Under the pieces are notes generated by a model. That model saw only the letters and a program-made list of their open reading frames with translations. It was not told the DNA's origin and did no database searches. Below, one piece after another: positions 36,001-50,300 of a DNA stretch of 64,000 bases. Each line of letters starts with the position of its first letter. Position 1 is the stretch's first letter. Source of the DNA: Balanoglossus misakiensis (Eukaryota > Animalia > Hemichordata); NCBI GenBank assembly GCA_040954595.2, contig CM082598.2, positions 8,757,097 through 8,821,096 of the forward strand, given 5' to 3'. The position numbers were made by a program, and so were the translations under genes.

Positions 36001-39000
36001 GGCAACAAATTCTCTGCCATCATTTCTCCTCTCCAGAGAATGGCGGCAACAAACTCTCAGCCCCTATTTCTCCCCTCCCAAGAATGGCGGCAAAAAACTC
36101 TCAGCCATCGTTTCTCCCCTCCCAAGAATGGCGGCAACAAACTCTCAGCCCTTATTTCTCCCCTCCCAATAATGGCGGCAACAAATTCTCTGCCATCATT
36201 TCTCCCCTCCCAATAATGGCGGCAACAAACTCTCAGCCCCTATTTCTCCCCTCCCAAGAATGGCGGAAACAAACTCTCAGCCATCGTTTCTCCCCTCCAG
36301 AGAATGGCAGCAACAAACTCTCCGCCCTTATTTCTCCCCTCCCAAGAATGGCGGCAACAAACTCTCAGCCCTTATTTCTCCCCTCCAAATAATGGCGGCA
36401 ACAAATTCTCTGCCATCATTTCTCCTCTCCCAAGGAAGGCGACAATAAATTCTCTGCCATCGTTTCTCCCCTCCAGATAATGGCGGAAACAAACTCTCAG
36501 CCGTTATTTCTCCCCTCCCAATAATGGCGACAACAAACTCTCAGCCATCGTTTCTCCCCTCCCAAGAATGGCGGCAACAAACTCTCAGCCCTTATTTCTC
36601 CCCTCCCAAGAATGGCGGCAACAAACTCTCAGCCCTTATTTCTCCCCTCCCAATAATGGCGGCAAAAAACTCTCAGCCATCGTTTCTCCCCTCCCAAGAA
36701 TGGCGGCAACAAACTCTCAGCCCTTATTTCTCCCCTCCCAATAATGGCGGCAACAAATTCTCTGCCATCATTTCTCCCCTCCCAATAATGGCGGCAACAA
36801 ATCTTAGCCCTTATTTCTCCCCTCCCAAGAATGGCGGCAACAAACTCTAAGCCCTTATTTCTCCCCTCCCAATAATGGCGGCAACAAACTATCAGCCCTT
36901 ATTTCTCCCCTCCCAAGAATGGCGGTAACAAACTCTCAGCCCCTATTTCTCCCCTCCCAAGAATGGCGGCAACAAAATCTCAGCCATCGTCTCTCCCCTC
37001 CCAAGAATGGCGGCAACAAACTCTCAGCCCTTATTTTTCTCCTCCCAATAATGGCGGCAACAAATTCTCTGCCATCATTTCTCCTCTGCAGAGAATGGCG
37101 GCAACAAACTCTCAGCCCCTATTTCTCCCCTCCCAAGAATGGCGGCAACAAACTCTCAGCCATCGTTTCTCCCCTCCCAAGAATGGCGGCAACAAACTCT
37201 CAGCCCTTATTTCTCCCCTCCTAATAATGGCGGCAACAAATTCTCTGCCATCATTTCTCCTCTCCAGAGAATGGCGGCAACAAACTCTCAGCCCTTATTT
37301 CTCCCCTCCCAATAATGGCGGCGACAAATTCTCTGCCATCATTTCTCCTCTCCCAAGGAAGGCGACAATAAATTCTCTGCCATCGTTTCTCCACTCCAGA
37401 TAATGGCGGAAACAAACTCTCAGCCGTTATTTCTCCCCTCCCAATAATGGCGACAACAAACTCTCAGCCATCGTTTCTCCCCTCCTAAGAATGGCGGCAA
37501 CAAACTCTCAGCCCTTATTTCTCCCCTCCCAAGAATGGCGGCAACAAACTCTCAGCCCTTATTTCTCCCCTCCCAATAATGGCGGCAACAAATTCTCTGC
37601 CATCATTTTTCCTCTCCCAAGGAAGGCGACAATAAATTCTTTGCCATCGTTTCTCCCCTCCAGATAATGGCGGAAACAAACTCTCAGCCGTTATTTCTCC
37701 CCTCCCAATAATGGCGACAACAAATTCTCTGCCATCATTTCTCCTCTCCAGAGAATGGCGGCAACAAACTCTCAGCCCATATTTCTCCCCTCCCAAGAAT
37801 GGCGGCAAAAAACTCTCACCCATCGTTTCTCCCCTCCCAAGAATGGCGGCAATAAACTCTCAGCCCTTATTTCTCCCCTCCAAATAATGGCGGCAACAAA
37901 TTCTCTGCCATCATTTCTCCTCTCCAGAGAATGGCGGCAACAAACTATCAGCCATCATTTCTCCCCTCCCAACAAACTCTCAGCCGTTATTTCCCCCCTC
38001 CCAAGGATGGCGGCAACAAACTCTAAGCCCTTATTTCTCCCCTCCCAATAATGGCGGCAACAAACTATCAGCCCTTATTTCTCCCCTCCCAAGAATGGCG
38101 GTAACAAACTCTCAGCCCCTATTTCTCCCCTCCCAAGAATGGCGGCAACAAAATCTCAGCCATCGTTTCTCCCCTCCCAAGAATGGCGGCAACAAACTCT
38201 CAGCCCTTATTTTTCCCCTCCCAATAATGGCGGCAACAAATTCTCTGCCATCATTTCTCCTCTCCAGAGAATGGCGGCAACAAACTCTCAGCCCCTATTT
38301 CTCCCCTCCCAAGAATGGCGGCAACAAACTCTCAGCCATCGTTTCTCCCCTCCCAAGAATGGCGGCAACAAACTCTCAGCCCTTATTTCTCCCCTCCCAA
38401 TAATGGCGGCAACAAATTCTCTGCCATCATTTCTCCTCTCCAGAGAATGGCGGCAACAAACTCTCAGCCCTTATTTCTCCCCTCCCAATAATGGCGACAA
38501 TAAATTCTCTGCCATCGTTTCTCCCCTCCAGAGAATGGCGGCAACAAACTCTCAGCCGTTATTTTTCCCTTCCCAAGAATGGCGGCCACAAACTCTCAGC
38601 CGTTATTTCTCCCCTCCCAAGAATGGCGGCAACAAACTCTCAGCCCTTATTTCTCCCCTCCCAAGGATGGCGACATTAAATTCTCTGTCATCATTTCTCC
38701 CCTCCCAAGAATGGCGGCAACAAATTCTCAGCCATAATTTCTCCCCTCCCAAGGATAGCGACAATAAATTATCTGCCATCGTTTCTCCCCTCCCAATAAT
38801 GGCGGCAACAAACTCTCAGCCCTTATTTCTCCCTTCTCAATAAAGGCGGCAACAAACTCTCAGCCCTTATTTCTCCCCTCTCAAAAATGGCAGCAACAAA
38901 CTCTCAGCCGTTATTTCTCCCCTCCCAAGGATGGCGGCAACACATTCTCTGCCATCGTTTCTCCCCTCCCAAGAATGGCGTCAACAAACTCTCAGCCCTT

Positions 39001-40700
39001 ATTTCTCCCCTCCCAAGGATGGCGACAATACATTCTCTGCCATCGTTTCTCCCCTCCAGAGAATGGCGGCAACAAACTCTCAGCCCTTATTTCTCCCCTC
39101 CCAAGGATGGCGACAATAAATTCTCTGCCATCGTTTCTCCCCTCCAGAGAATGGCGGCAACAAACTCTCAGCCATCATTTCTCCCCTCCCAAGGACGGCG
39201 ACAATAAATTCTGTGCCATTATTTCTCCCCTCCCAAGGATGGCGGCAATAAATTCTCTGCCATCATTTCTCCCCTCCCAAGAATGGCGGCAACAAACTCT
39301 CAGCCCTTATTTCTCCCCTCCCAAGGATGGCGGCAATAAATTCTCTGCCATCATTTCTCCCCTCCCAAGAATGGCGGCAAAAAACTCTCAGCCCTTATTT
39401 CTCCCCTCCCAAGGATGGCGGCAATAAATTCTCTGCCATCATTTCTCCCCTCACAAGAATGGCGGCAATAAATTCTCTGCCATCATTTCTCCCCTTCCAG
39501 GGATGGCGGCAATAAATTCTCTGCCATCATTTCTCCCCTCCAAAGAAGGGCGGCAACAAACTCTCAGCCCTTATTTCTCCCCTCCCAAGGATGGCGGCAA
39601 TAAATTCTCAGCCATCATTTCTCCCCTCCCAAGGATGGCGGCAACAAATTCTCAGCCATCATTTCTCCCCTCTCTAAAATGGCGGCAACAAATTCTCTGC
39701 TATCATTTCTCCCCTCCCAATAATGGCGGAAACAAATCTTAGCCCTTATTTCTCCCCTCCCAAGAATGGCGGCAACAAACTCTAAGCCCTTATTTCTCCC
39801 CTCCCAATAATGGCGACAACAAATTATCAGCCCTTATTTCTACCCTCCCAAGAATGGCGGCAACAAACTCTCAGCCCCTATTTCTCCCCTCCCAAGAATG
39901 GCGGAAACAAACTCTCAGCCATCGTTTCTCCCCTCCAGAGAATGGCGGCAACAAACTCTCTGCCCTTATTTCTCCCCTCCCAAGGATGGCGGCAATAAAT
40001 TCTCTGCCATCATTTCTCCCCTCACAAGAATGGCGGCAATAAATTCTCTGCCATCATTTCTCCCCTCCCAGGGATGGCGGCAATAAATTCTCTGCCATCA
40101 TTTCTCCCCTCCAAAGAAGGGCGGCAACAAACTCTCAGCCCTTATTTCTCCCCTCCCAAGGATGGCGGCAATAAATTCTCTGCCATCATTTCTCCCCTCC
40201 CAAGGATGGCGGCAACAAATTCTCTGCTATCATTTCTCCCCTCCCAATAATGGCGGCAACAAATCTTAGCCCTTATTTCTCCCCTCCCAAGAATGGCGGC
40301 AACAAACTCTAAGCCCTTATTTCTCCCCTCCCAATAATGGCGACAACAAACTATCAGCCCTTATTTCTACCCTCCCAAGAATGGCGGCAACAAACTCTAA
40401 GCCCCTATTTCTCCCCTCCCAAGAATGGCGGAAACAAACTCTCAGCCATCGTTTCTCCCCTCCAGAGAATGGCGGCAACAAACTCTCTGCCCTTATTTCT
40501 CCCCTCCCAAGAATGGCGGCAACAAACTCTCAGCCCTTATTTCTCCCCTCCCAATAATGGCGGCAACAAATTCTCTGCCATCATTTCTCCTCTCCCAGGG
40601 AAGGCGGCAATAAATTCTCTGCCATCGTTTCTCACCTCCCAATAATGGCGGCAACAAACTCTCAGCCCTTATTTCTCCCCTCTCAAAAATGGCGGCAACA
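30000..40700 (+). repeat. Satellite domain 3: heterogeneous monomers with short local duplications; boundaries approximate
   Basis: ORF-track offsets of 308 (30807/31115), 660 (35600/36260), 1176 (36919/38095) and 527 (39810/40337). Many singleton variants; ccagataatgg is diagnostic. Confidence 0.7.
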
Positions 40701-43700
40701 AACTCTCAGCCGTTATTTCTCCCCTCCCAAGGATGGCGGCAATACATTCTCTGCCATCGCTTCTCCCCTCCCAAGAATGGCGTCAACAAACTCTCAGCCT
40801 TTATTTCTCCCTTCCCAAGGAAGGCGACAATAAATTCCCAGCCATCGTTTCTCCCCTTCAGAGGATGGCGGCAACAAACTCTCAGCCCTTATTTCTCCCC
40901 TCCCAAGGAAGGCGACAATAAATTCCCAGCCATCGTTTCTCCCCTCCAGAGAATGGCGTCAACAAACTCTCAGCCTTTATTTCTCCCCTCCCAAGGATGA
41001 CGACAATAAATTCTCTGCCATCGTTTCTCCCCTTCAGAGGATGGCGGCAACAAACTCTCAGCCCTTATTTCTCCCCTCCCAAGGAAGGCGACAATAAATT
41101 CCCAGCCATCGTTTCTCCCCTCCAGAGAATGGCGTCAACAAACTCTCAGCCTTTATTTCTCCCCTCCCAAGGATGACGACAATAAATTCTCTGCCATCGT
41201 TTCTCCCCTTCAGAGGATGGCGGCAACAAACTCTCAGCCCTTATTTCTCCCCTCCCAAGGAAGGCGACAATAAATTCCCAGCCATCGTTTCTCCCCTCCC
41301 AAGAATGGCGTCAACAAACTCTCAGCCCTTATTTCTCCCCTCCCAAGGAAGGCGACAATAAATTCCCAGCCATCGTTTCTCCCCTCCCAAGAATGGCGTC
41401 AACAAACTCTCAGCCTTTATTTCTCCCCTCCCAAGGATGACGACAATAAATTCCCAGCCATCGTTTCTCCCCTCCCAAGAATGGCGTCAACAAACTCTCA
41501 GCCTTTATTTCTCCCCTCCCAAGGATGACGACAATAAATTCTCTGCCATCGTTTCTCCCCTTCAGAGGATGGCGGCAACAAACTCTCAGCCCTTATTTCT
41601 CCCCTCCCAAGGAAGGCGACAATAAATTCCCAGCCATCGCTTCTCCCCTCCCAAGAATGGCGTCAACAAACTCTCAGCCTTTATTTCTCCCCTCCCAAGG
41701 ATGACGACAATAAATTCTCTGCCATCGTTTCTCCCCTTCAGAGGATGGCGGCAACAAACTCTCAGCCCTTATTTCTCCCCTCCCAAGGAAGGCGACAATA
41801 AATTCCCAGCCATCGTTTCTCCCCTCCAGAGAATGGCGTCAACAAACTCTCAGCCTTTATTTCTCCCCTCCCAAGGAAGGCGACAATAAATTCCCAGCCA
41901 TCGTTTCTCCCCTCCAGAGAATGGCGTCAACAAACTCTCAGCCCTTATTTCTCCCCTCCCAAGGAAGGCGACAATAAATTCCCAGCCATCGTTTCTCCCC
42001 TCCAGAGAATGGCGTCAACAAACTCTCTGCCCTTATTTCTCCCCTCCCAAGAATGGCGGCAACAAACTCTCAGCCCTTATTTCTCCCCTCCCAATAATGG
42101 CGGCAACAAATTCTCTGCCATCATTTCTCCTCTCCCAGGGAAGGCGGCAATAAATTCTCTGCCATCGTTTCTCACCTCCCAATAATGGCGGCAACAAACT
42201 CTCAGCCCTTATTTCTCCCCTCTCAAAAATGGCGGCAACAAACTCTCAGCCGTTATTTCTCCCCTCCCAAGGATGGCGGCAATACATTCTCTGCCATCGC
42301 TTCTCCCCTCCCAAGAATGGCGTCAACAAACTCTCAGCCTTTATTTCTCCCCTCCCAAGGATGACGACAATAAATTCTCTGCCATCGTTTCTCCCCTTCA
42401 GAGGATGGCGGCAACAAACTCTCAGCCTTTATTTCTCCCCTCCCAAGGATGACGACAATAAATTCTCTGCCATCGCTTCTCCCCTCCCAAGAATGGCGTC
42501 AACAAACTCTCAGCCTTTATTTCTCCCCTCCCAAGGATGACGACAATAAATTCCCAGCCATCGTTTCTCCCCTCCAGAGAATGGCGTCAACAAACTCTCA
42601 GCCTTTATTTCTCCCCTCCCAAGGATGACGACAATAAATTCTCTGCCATCGCTTCTCCCCTCCCAAGAATGGCGTCAACAAACTCTCAGCCTTTATTTCT
42701 CCCCTCCCAAGGATGACGACAATAAATTCTCTGCCATCGTTTCTCCCCTTCAGAGGATGGCGGCAACAAACTCTCAGCCTTTATTTCTCCCCTCCCAAGG
42801 ATGACGACAATAAATTCTCTGCCATCGCTTCTCCCCTCCCAAGAATGGCGTCAACAAACTCTCAGCCTTTATTTCTCCCCTCCCAAGGATGACGACAATA
42901 AATTCTCTGCCATCGTTTCTCCCCTTCAGAGGATGGCGGCAACAAACTCTCAGCCTTTATTTCTCCCCTCCCAAGGATGACGACAATAAATTCTCTGCCA
43001 TCGTTTCTCCCCTTCAGAGGATGGCGGCAACAAACTCTCAGCCTTTATTTCTCCCCTCCCAAGGATGACGACAATAAATTCTCTGCCATCGTTTCTCCCC
43101 TTCAGAGGATGGCGGCAACAAACTCTCAGCCTTTATTTCTCCCCTCCCAAGGATGACGACAATAAATTCTCTGCCATCGTTTCTCCCCTTCAGAGGATGG
43201 CGGCAACAAACTCTCAGCCTTTATTTCTCCCCTCCCAAGGATGACGACAATAAATTCTCTGCCATCGTTTCTCCCCTTCAGAGGATGGCGGCAACAAACT
43301 CTCAGCCTTTATTTCTCCCCTCCCAAGGATGACGACAATAAATTCTCTGCCATCGTTTCTCCCCTTCAGAGGATGGCGGCAACAAACTCTCAGCCTTTAT
43401 TTCTCCCCTCTCAAAAATGGCGGCAACAAACTCTCAGCCGTTATTTCTCCCCTCCCAAGGATGACGACAATAAATTCTCTGCCATCGCTTCTCCCCTCCC
43501 AAGAATGGCGTCAACAAACTCTCAGCCTTTATTTCTCCCCTCCCAAGGATGACGACAATAAATTCTCTGCCATCGTTTCTCCCCTTCAGAGGATGGCGGC
43601 AACAAACTCTCAGCCTTTATTTCTCCCCTCCCAAGGATGACGACAATAAATTCTCTGCCATCGTTTCTCCCCTTCAGAGGATGGCGGCAACAAACTCTCA

Positions 43701-46700
43701 GCCCTTATTTCTCCCCTCCCAAGGAAGGCGACAATAAATTCCCAGCCATCGTTTCTCCCCTCCAGAGAATGGCGTCAACAAACTCTCAGCCTTTATTTCT
43801 CCCCTCCCAAGGATGACGACAATAAATTCTCTGCCATCGCTTCTCCCCTCCCAAGAATGGCGTCAACAAACTCTCAGCCTTTATTTCTCCCCTCCCAAGG
43901 ATGACGACAATAAATTCTCTGCCATCGTTTCTCCCCTTCAGAGGATGGCGGCAACAAACTCTCAGCCCTTATTTCTCCCCTCCCAAGGAAGGCGACAATA
44001 AATTCCCAGCCATCGTTTCTCCCCTCCAGAGAATGGCGTCAACAAACTCTCAGCCCTTATTTCTCCCCTCTCAAAAATGGCAGCAACAAACTCTCAGCCC
44101 TTATTTCTCCCTTCCCAAGGAAGGCGACAATACATTCTCTGCCATCGCTTCTCCCCTCCCAAGAATGGCGTCAACAAACTCTCAGCCTTTATTTCTCCCC
44201 TCCCAAGGAAGGCGACAATAAATTCTCAGCCATCGTTTCTCCCCTCCAGAGGATGGCGGCAACAAACTCTCAGCCCTTATTTCTCCCTTCCCAAGGAAGG
44301 CGACAATACATTCTCTGCCATCGCTTCTCCCCTCCCAAGAATGGCGTCAACAAACTCTCAGCCCTTATTTCTCCCCTCCCAAGGAAGGCGACAATAAATT
44401 CTCAGCCATCGTTTCTCCCCTCCAGAGGATGGCGGCAACAAACTCTCAGCCCTTATTTCTCCCTTCCCAAGGAAGGCGACAATACATTCTCTGCCATCGC
44501 TTCTCCCCTCCCAAGAATGGCGTCAACAAACTCTCAGCCTTTATTTCTCCCCTCCCAAGGATGACGACAATAAATTCTCAGCCATCGTTTCTCCCCTTCA
44601 GAGGATGGCGGCAACAAACTCTCAGCCTTTATTTCTCCCCTCTCAAAAATGGCGGCAACAAACTCTCAGCCGTTATTTCTCCCCTCCCAAGGAAGGCGAC
44701 AATACATTCTCTGCCATCGCTTCTCCCCTCCCAAGAATGGCGTCAACAAACTCTCAGCCTTTATTTCTCCCCTCCCAAGGAAGGCGACAATAAATTCTCA
44801 GCCATCGTTTCTCCCCTCCAGAGAATGGCGGCAACAAACTCTCAGCCATCATTTCTCCCTTCCCAACAAACACTCAGCCGTTATTTCCCCCCTCCCAAGG
44901 ATGGCGGCAACAAATTCTCTGCCATCATTTCTCCCCTCCCAAGAATGGCGTCAACAAACTCTCAGCCTTTATTTCTCCCCTCCCAAGGATGACGACAATA
45001 AATTCTCAGCCATCGTTTCTCCCCTCCAGAGAATGGCGGCAACAAACTCTCAGCCTTTATTTCTCCCCTCCCAAGGAAGGCGACAATAAATTCTCTGCCA
45101 TCGTTTCTCCCCTCCAGAGAATGGCGGCAACAAACTCTCAGCCATCATTTCTCCCTTCCCAACAAACACTCAGCCGTTATTTCCCCCTCCCAAGGATGGC
45201 GGCAACAAACTCTCAGCCCTTATTTCTCCCCTCCCAAGGATGGCGGCAATAAATTCTCTGCCATCGTTTCTCCCCTTCAGAGGATGGCGGCAACAAACTC
45301 TCAGCCCTTATTTCTCCCATCCCAAGGAAGGCGACAATAAATTCTCAGCCATCGTTTCTCCCCTCCAGAGAATGGCGGCAACAAACTCTCAGCCATCATT
45401 TCTCCCTTCCCAACAAACACTCAGCCGTTATTTCCCCCTCCCAAGGATGGCGGCAACAAACTCTCAGCCCTTATTTCTCCCCTCCCAAGGATGGCGGCAA
45501 TAAATTCTCTGCCATCGTTTCTCCCCTTCAGAGGATGGCGGCAACAAACTCTCAGCCCTTATTTCTCCCATCCCAAGGAAGGCGACAATAAATTCTCAGC
45601 CATCGTTTCTCCCCTCCAGAGAATGGCGGCAACAAACTCTCAGCCATCATTTCTCCCTTCCCAACAAACACTCAGCCTTTATTTCTCCCCTTCAGAGGAT
45701 GGCGGCAACAAACTCTCAGCCCTTATTTCTCCCATCCCAAGGAAGGCGACAATAAATTCTCAGCCATCGTTTCTCCCCTCCAGAGAATGGCGGCAACAAA
45801 CTCTCAGCCATCATTTCTCCCTTCCCAACAAACACTCAGCCGTTATTTCCCCCCTCCCAAGGATGGCGGCAACAAATTCTCTGCCATCATTTCTCCCCTC
45901 CCAAGAATGGCGTCAACAAACTCTCAGCCTTTATTTCTCCCCTCCCAAGGATGACGACAATAAATTCTCAGCCATCGTTTCTCCCCTCCAGAGAATGGCG
46001 GCAACAAACTCTCAGCCTTTATTTCTCCCCTCCCAAGGAAGGCGACAATAAATTCTCTGCCATCGTTTCTCCCCTCCAGAGAATGGCGGCAACAAACTCT
46101 CAGCCATCATTTCTCCCTTCCCAACAAACACTCAGCCGTTATTTCCCCCTCCCAAGGATGGCGGCAACAAACTCTCAGCCCTTATTTCTCCCCTCCCAAG
46201 GAAGGCGACAATAAATTCTCAGCCATCGTTTCTCCCCTCCAGAGAATGGCGGCAACAAACTCTCAGCCTTTATTTCTCCCCTCCCAAGGATGACGACAAT
46301 AAATTCTCTGCCATCGTTTCTCCCCTTCAGAGGATGGCGGCAACAAACTCTCAGCCCTTATTTCTCCCCTCCCAAGAATGGCGTCAACAAACTCTCAGCC
46401 TTTATTTCTCCCCTCCCAAGGAAGGCGACAATAAATTCTCTGCCATCGTTTCTCCCCTCCAGAGAATGGCGGCAACAAACTCTCAGCCATCATTTCTCCC
46501 TTCCCAACAAACACTCAGCCGTTATTTCCCCCTCCCAAGGATGGCGGCAACAAACTCTCAGCCCTTATTTCTCCCCTCCCAAGGAAGGCGACAATAAATT
46601 CTCAGCCATCGTTTCTCCCCTCCAGAGAATGGCGGCAACAAACTCTCAGCCTTTATTTCTCCCCTCCCAAGGATGACGACAATAAATTCTCTGCCATCGT

Positions 46701-47300
46701 TTCTCCCCTTCAGAGGATGGCGGCAACAAACTCTCAGCCTTTATTTCTCCCCTCCCAAGGAAGGCGACAATAAATTCTCAGCCATCGTTTCTCCCCTTCA
46801 GAGGATGGCGGCAACAAACTCTCAGCCTTTATTTCTCCCCTCCCAAGGATGACGACAATAAATTCTCTGCCATCGTTTCTCCCCTCCAGAGAATGGCGGC
46901 AACAAACTCTCAGCCTTTATTTCTCCCCTCCCAAGGAAGGCGACAATAAATTCTCAGCCATCGTTTCTCCCCTCCAGAGAATGGCGGCAACAAACTCTCA
47001 GCCTTTATTTCACCCCTCCCAAGGATGACGACAATAAATTCTCTGCCATCGTTTCTCCCCTTCAGAGGATGGCGGCAACAAACTCTCAGCCTTTATTTCT
47101 CCCCTCCCAAGGATGACGACAATAAATTCTCTGCCATCGTTTCTCCCCTCCAGAGAATGGCGGCAACAAACTCTCAGCCTTTATTTCTCCCCTCCCAAGG
47201 AAGGCGACAATAAATTCTCAGCCATCGTTTCTCCCCTCCAGAGAATGGCGGCAACAAACTCTCAGCCATCATTTCTCCCTTCCAAACAAACACTCAGCCG
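40700..47300 (+). repeat. Satellite domain 4: 88-bp dimer and 176-bp tetramer repeats; boundaries approximate
   Basis: ccttcagagg recurs every 176 bp (40861/41037/41213) and every 88 bp (42929-43369, six copies). Diagnostic variants are cctttattt, gatgacgac, ttcccagcc and catcgctt. Confidence 0.85.
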
Positions 47301-50300
47301 TTATTTCCCCCCTCCCAAGGATGGCGGCAATAAATTCTCTGCCATCATTTCTCCCCTCCCAAAGAATGGCGGCAACAAATTCTCAGCCATCATTTCTCCC
47401 CTCCCAATAATGGCGGCCACAAATCTTAGCCCTTATTTCTCCCCTCCCAAGAATGGTGGCAACAAACTCTAAGCCCTTATTTCTCCCCTCCCAATAATGG
47501 CGGCAACAAACTCTAAGCCCTTATTTCTCCCCTCCCAATAATGGCGGCAACAAACTATCTGCCCTTATTTCTCCCCTCCCAAGAATGGCGGTAACAAACT
47601 CTCAGCCCTTATTTCTCCCCTCCCAAGGACGGCGGCAATAAATTCTCTGCCATCATTTCTCCACTCCCAAGAACTGCGGCAATAAATTCTCTGCCATCAT
47701 TTCTCCCCTCCCAAGAATGGCGGCAATAAATTCTCAGCTATCGTTTCTCCCCTCCAGAGAATGGCGGCAACAAACTCTCAGCCATCATTTCTCCCCTCCC
47801 AACAAACTCTCAGCCCTTATTTCTCCCCTCCCAAGGACGGCGGCAATAAATTCTCTGCCATCATTTCTCCACTCCCAAGAACTGCGGCAATAAATTCTCT
47901 GCCATCATTTCTCCCCTCCCAAGAATGGCGGCAATAAATTCTCAGCTATCGTTTCTCCCCTCCAGAGAATGGCGGCAACAAACTCTCAGCCATCATTTCT
48001 CCCCTCCCAACAAACTCTCAGCCGTTATTTCCCCCCTCCCAAGGATGGCGGCAATAAATTCTCTGCCATCATTTCTCCCCTCCAAAGAATGGCGGCAACA
48101 AATTCTCAGCCATCATTTCTCCCCTCCCATAAAATGGCGGCAACAAATTCTCTGCTATCATTTCTCCCCTCCAAACAAACTCTCAGCCGTTATTTCCCCC
48201 GTCCCAAGGATGGCGGCAATAAATTCTCTGCGATCATTTCTCCCCTCCAAAGAATGGCGGCAACAAATTCTCAGCCATCATTTCTCCCCTCCCATAAAAT
48301 GGCGGCAACAAATTCTCTGCTATCATTTCTCCCCTCCCAATAATGGCGGCCACAAATCTTAGCCCTTATTTCTCCCCTCCCAAGAATGGCGGCAACAAAC
48401 TCTAAGCCCTTATTTCTCCCCTTCCAATAATGGCGGCAACAAACTCTAAGCCCTTATTTCTCCCCTCCCAATAATGGCGGCAACAAACTATCAGCCCTTA
48501 TTTCTCCCCTCCCAAGAATGGCGGTAACAAACTCTCAGCCCTTATTTCTCCCCTCCCAAGGATGGCGGCAATAAATTCTCTGCCATCATTTCTCCCCTCC
48601 CAAGAACTGCGGCAATAAATTCTCTGCCATCATTTCTCCCCTCCCAAGAATGGCGGCAATAAATTCTCAGCTATCGTTTCTCCCCTCCAGAGAATGGCGG
48701 CAACAAACTCTCAGCCATCATTTCTCCCCTCCCAACAAACTCTCAGCCGTTATTTCCCCCCTCCCAAGGATGGCGGCAATAAATTCTCTGCCATCATTTC
48801 TCCCCTCCAAAGAATGGCGGCAACAAATTCTCAGCCATCATTTCTCCCCTCCCATAAAATGGCGGCAACAAATTCTGTGCTATCATTTCTCCCCTCCCAA
48901 GAATGGCGGCAACAAACTCTCAGCCCTTATTTCTCCCCTCCCAAGGATGGCGGCAATAAATTCTCTGCCATCATTTCTCCCCTCACAAGAATGGCGGCAA
49001 TAAATTCTCTGCCATCATTTCTCCCCTCCCAGGGATGGCGGCAATAAATTCTCTGCCATCATTTCTCCCCTCCACAGAAGGGGGGCAACAAACTCTCAGC
49101 CATCAATTCTCCCCTCTCTAAAATGGCGGCAACAAATTCTCTGCTATCATTTCTCCCCTCCCAATAATGGCGGCAACAAATCTTAGCCCTTATTTCTCCC
49201 CTCCCAAGAATGGCGGCAACAAACTCTAAGCCCTTATTTCTCCCCTCCCAATAATGGCGACAACAAACTATCAGCCCTTATTTCTCCCCTCCCAAGAATG
49301 GCGGCAACAAACTATCAGCCCCTATTTCTCCCCTCCCAAGGAAGGCGACAATAAATTCTCAGCCATCGTTTCTCCCCTCCAGAGAATGGCGGCAACAAAC
49401 TCTCAGCCATCATTTCTCCCCTCCCAACAAACTCTCAGCCGTTATTTCCCCCCTCCCAAGGATGGCGGCAATAAATTATCTGCCATCATTTCTCCCCTCC
49501 AAAGAATGGCGGCAACAAATTCTCAGCCATCATTTCTCCCCTCCCATAAAATGGCGGCAACAAATTCTCTGCTATAATTTCTCCCCTCCCAATAATGGCG
49601 GCCACAAATCTTAGCCCTTATTTCTCCCCTCCCAAGAATGGCGGCAACAAACTCTAAGCCCTTATTTCTCCCCTCCCAATAATGGCGACAACAAACTATC
49701 AGCCCTTATTTCTACCCTCCCAAGAATGGCGGCAACAAACTCTCAGCCCCTATTTCTCCCCTCCCAAGAATGGCGGAAACAAACTCTCAGCCATCGTTTC
49801 TCCCCTCCAGAGAATGGCGGCAACAAACTCTCTGCCCTTATTTCTCCCCTCCCAATAATGGCGGCAACAAATTCTCTGCCATCATTTCTCCTCTCCCAGG
49901 GAAGGCGACAATAAATTCTCTGCCATCGTTTCTCACCTCCCAATAATGGCGGCAACAAACTCTCAGCCCTTATTTCTCCCCTCTCAAAAATGGCGGCAAC
50001 AAACTCTCAGCCGTTATTTCTCCCCTCCCAAGGATGGCGGCAATACATTCTCTGCCATCGCTTCTCCCCTCCCAAGAATGGCGTCAACAAACTCTCAGCC
50101 TTTATTTCTCCCCTCCCAAGGAAGGCGACAATAAATTCTCAGCCATCGTTTCTCCCCTCCAGAGAATGGCGGCAACAAACTCTCAGCCATCATTTCTCCC
50201 TTCCCAACAAACACTCAGCCGTTATTTCCCCCTCCCAAGGATGGCGGCAATAAATTCTCTGCCATCATTTCTCCCCTCCCAAAGAATGGCGGCAACAAAT

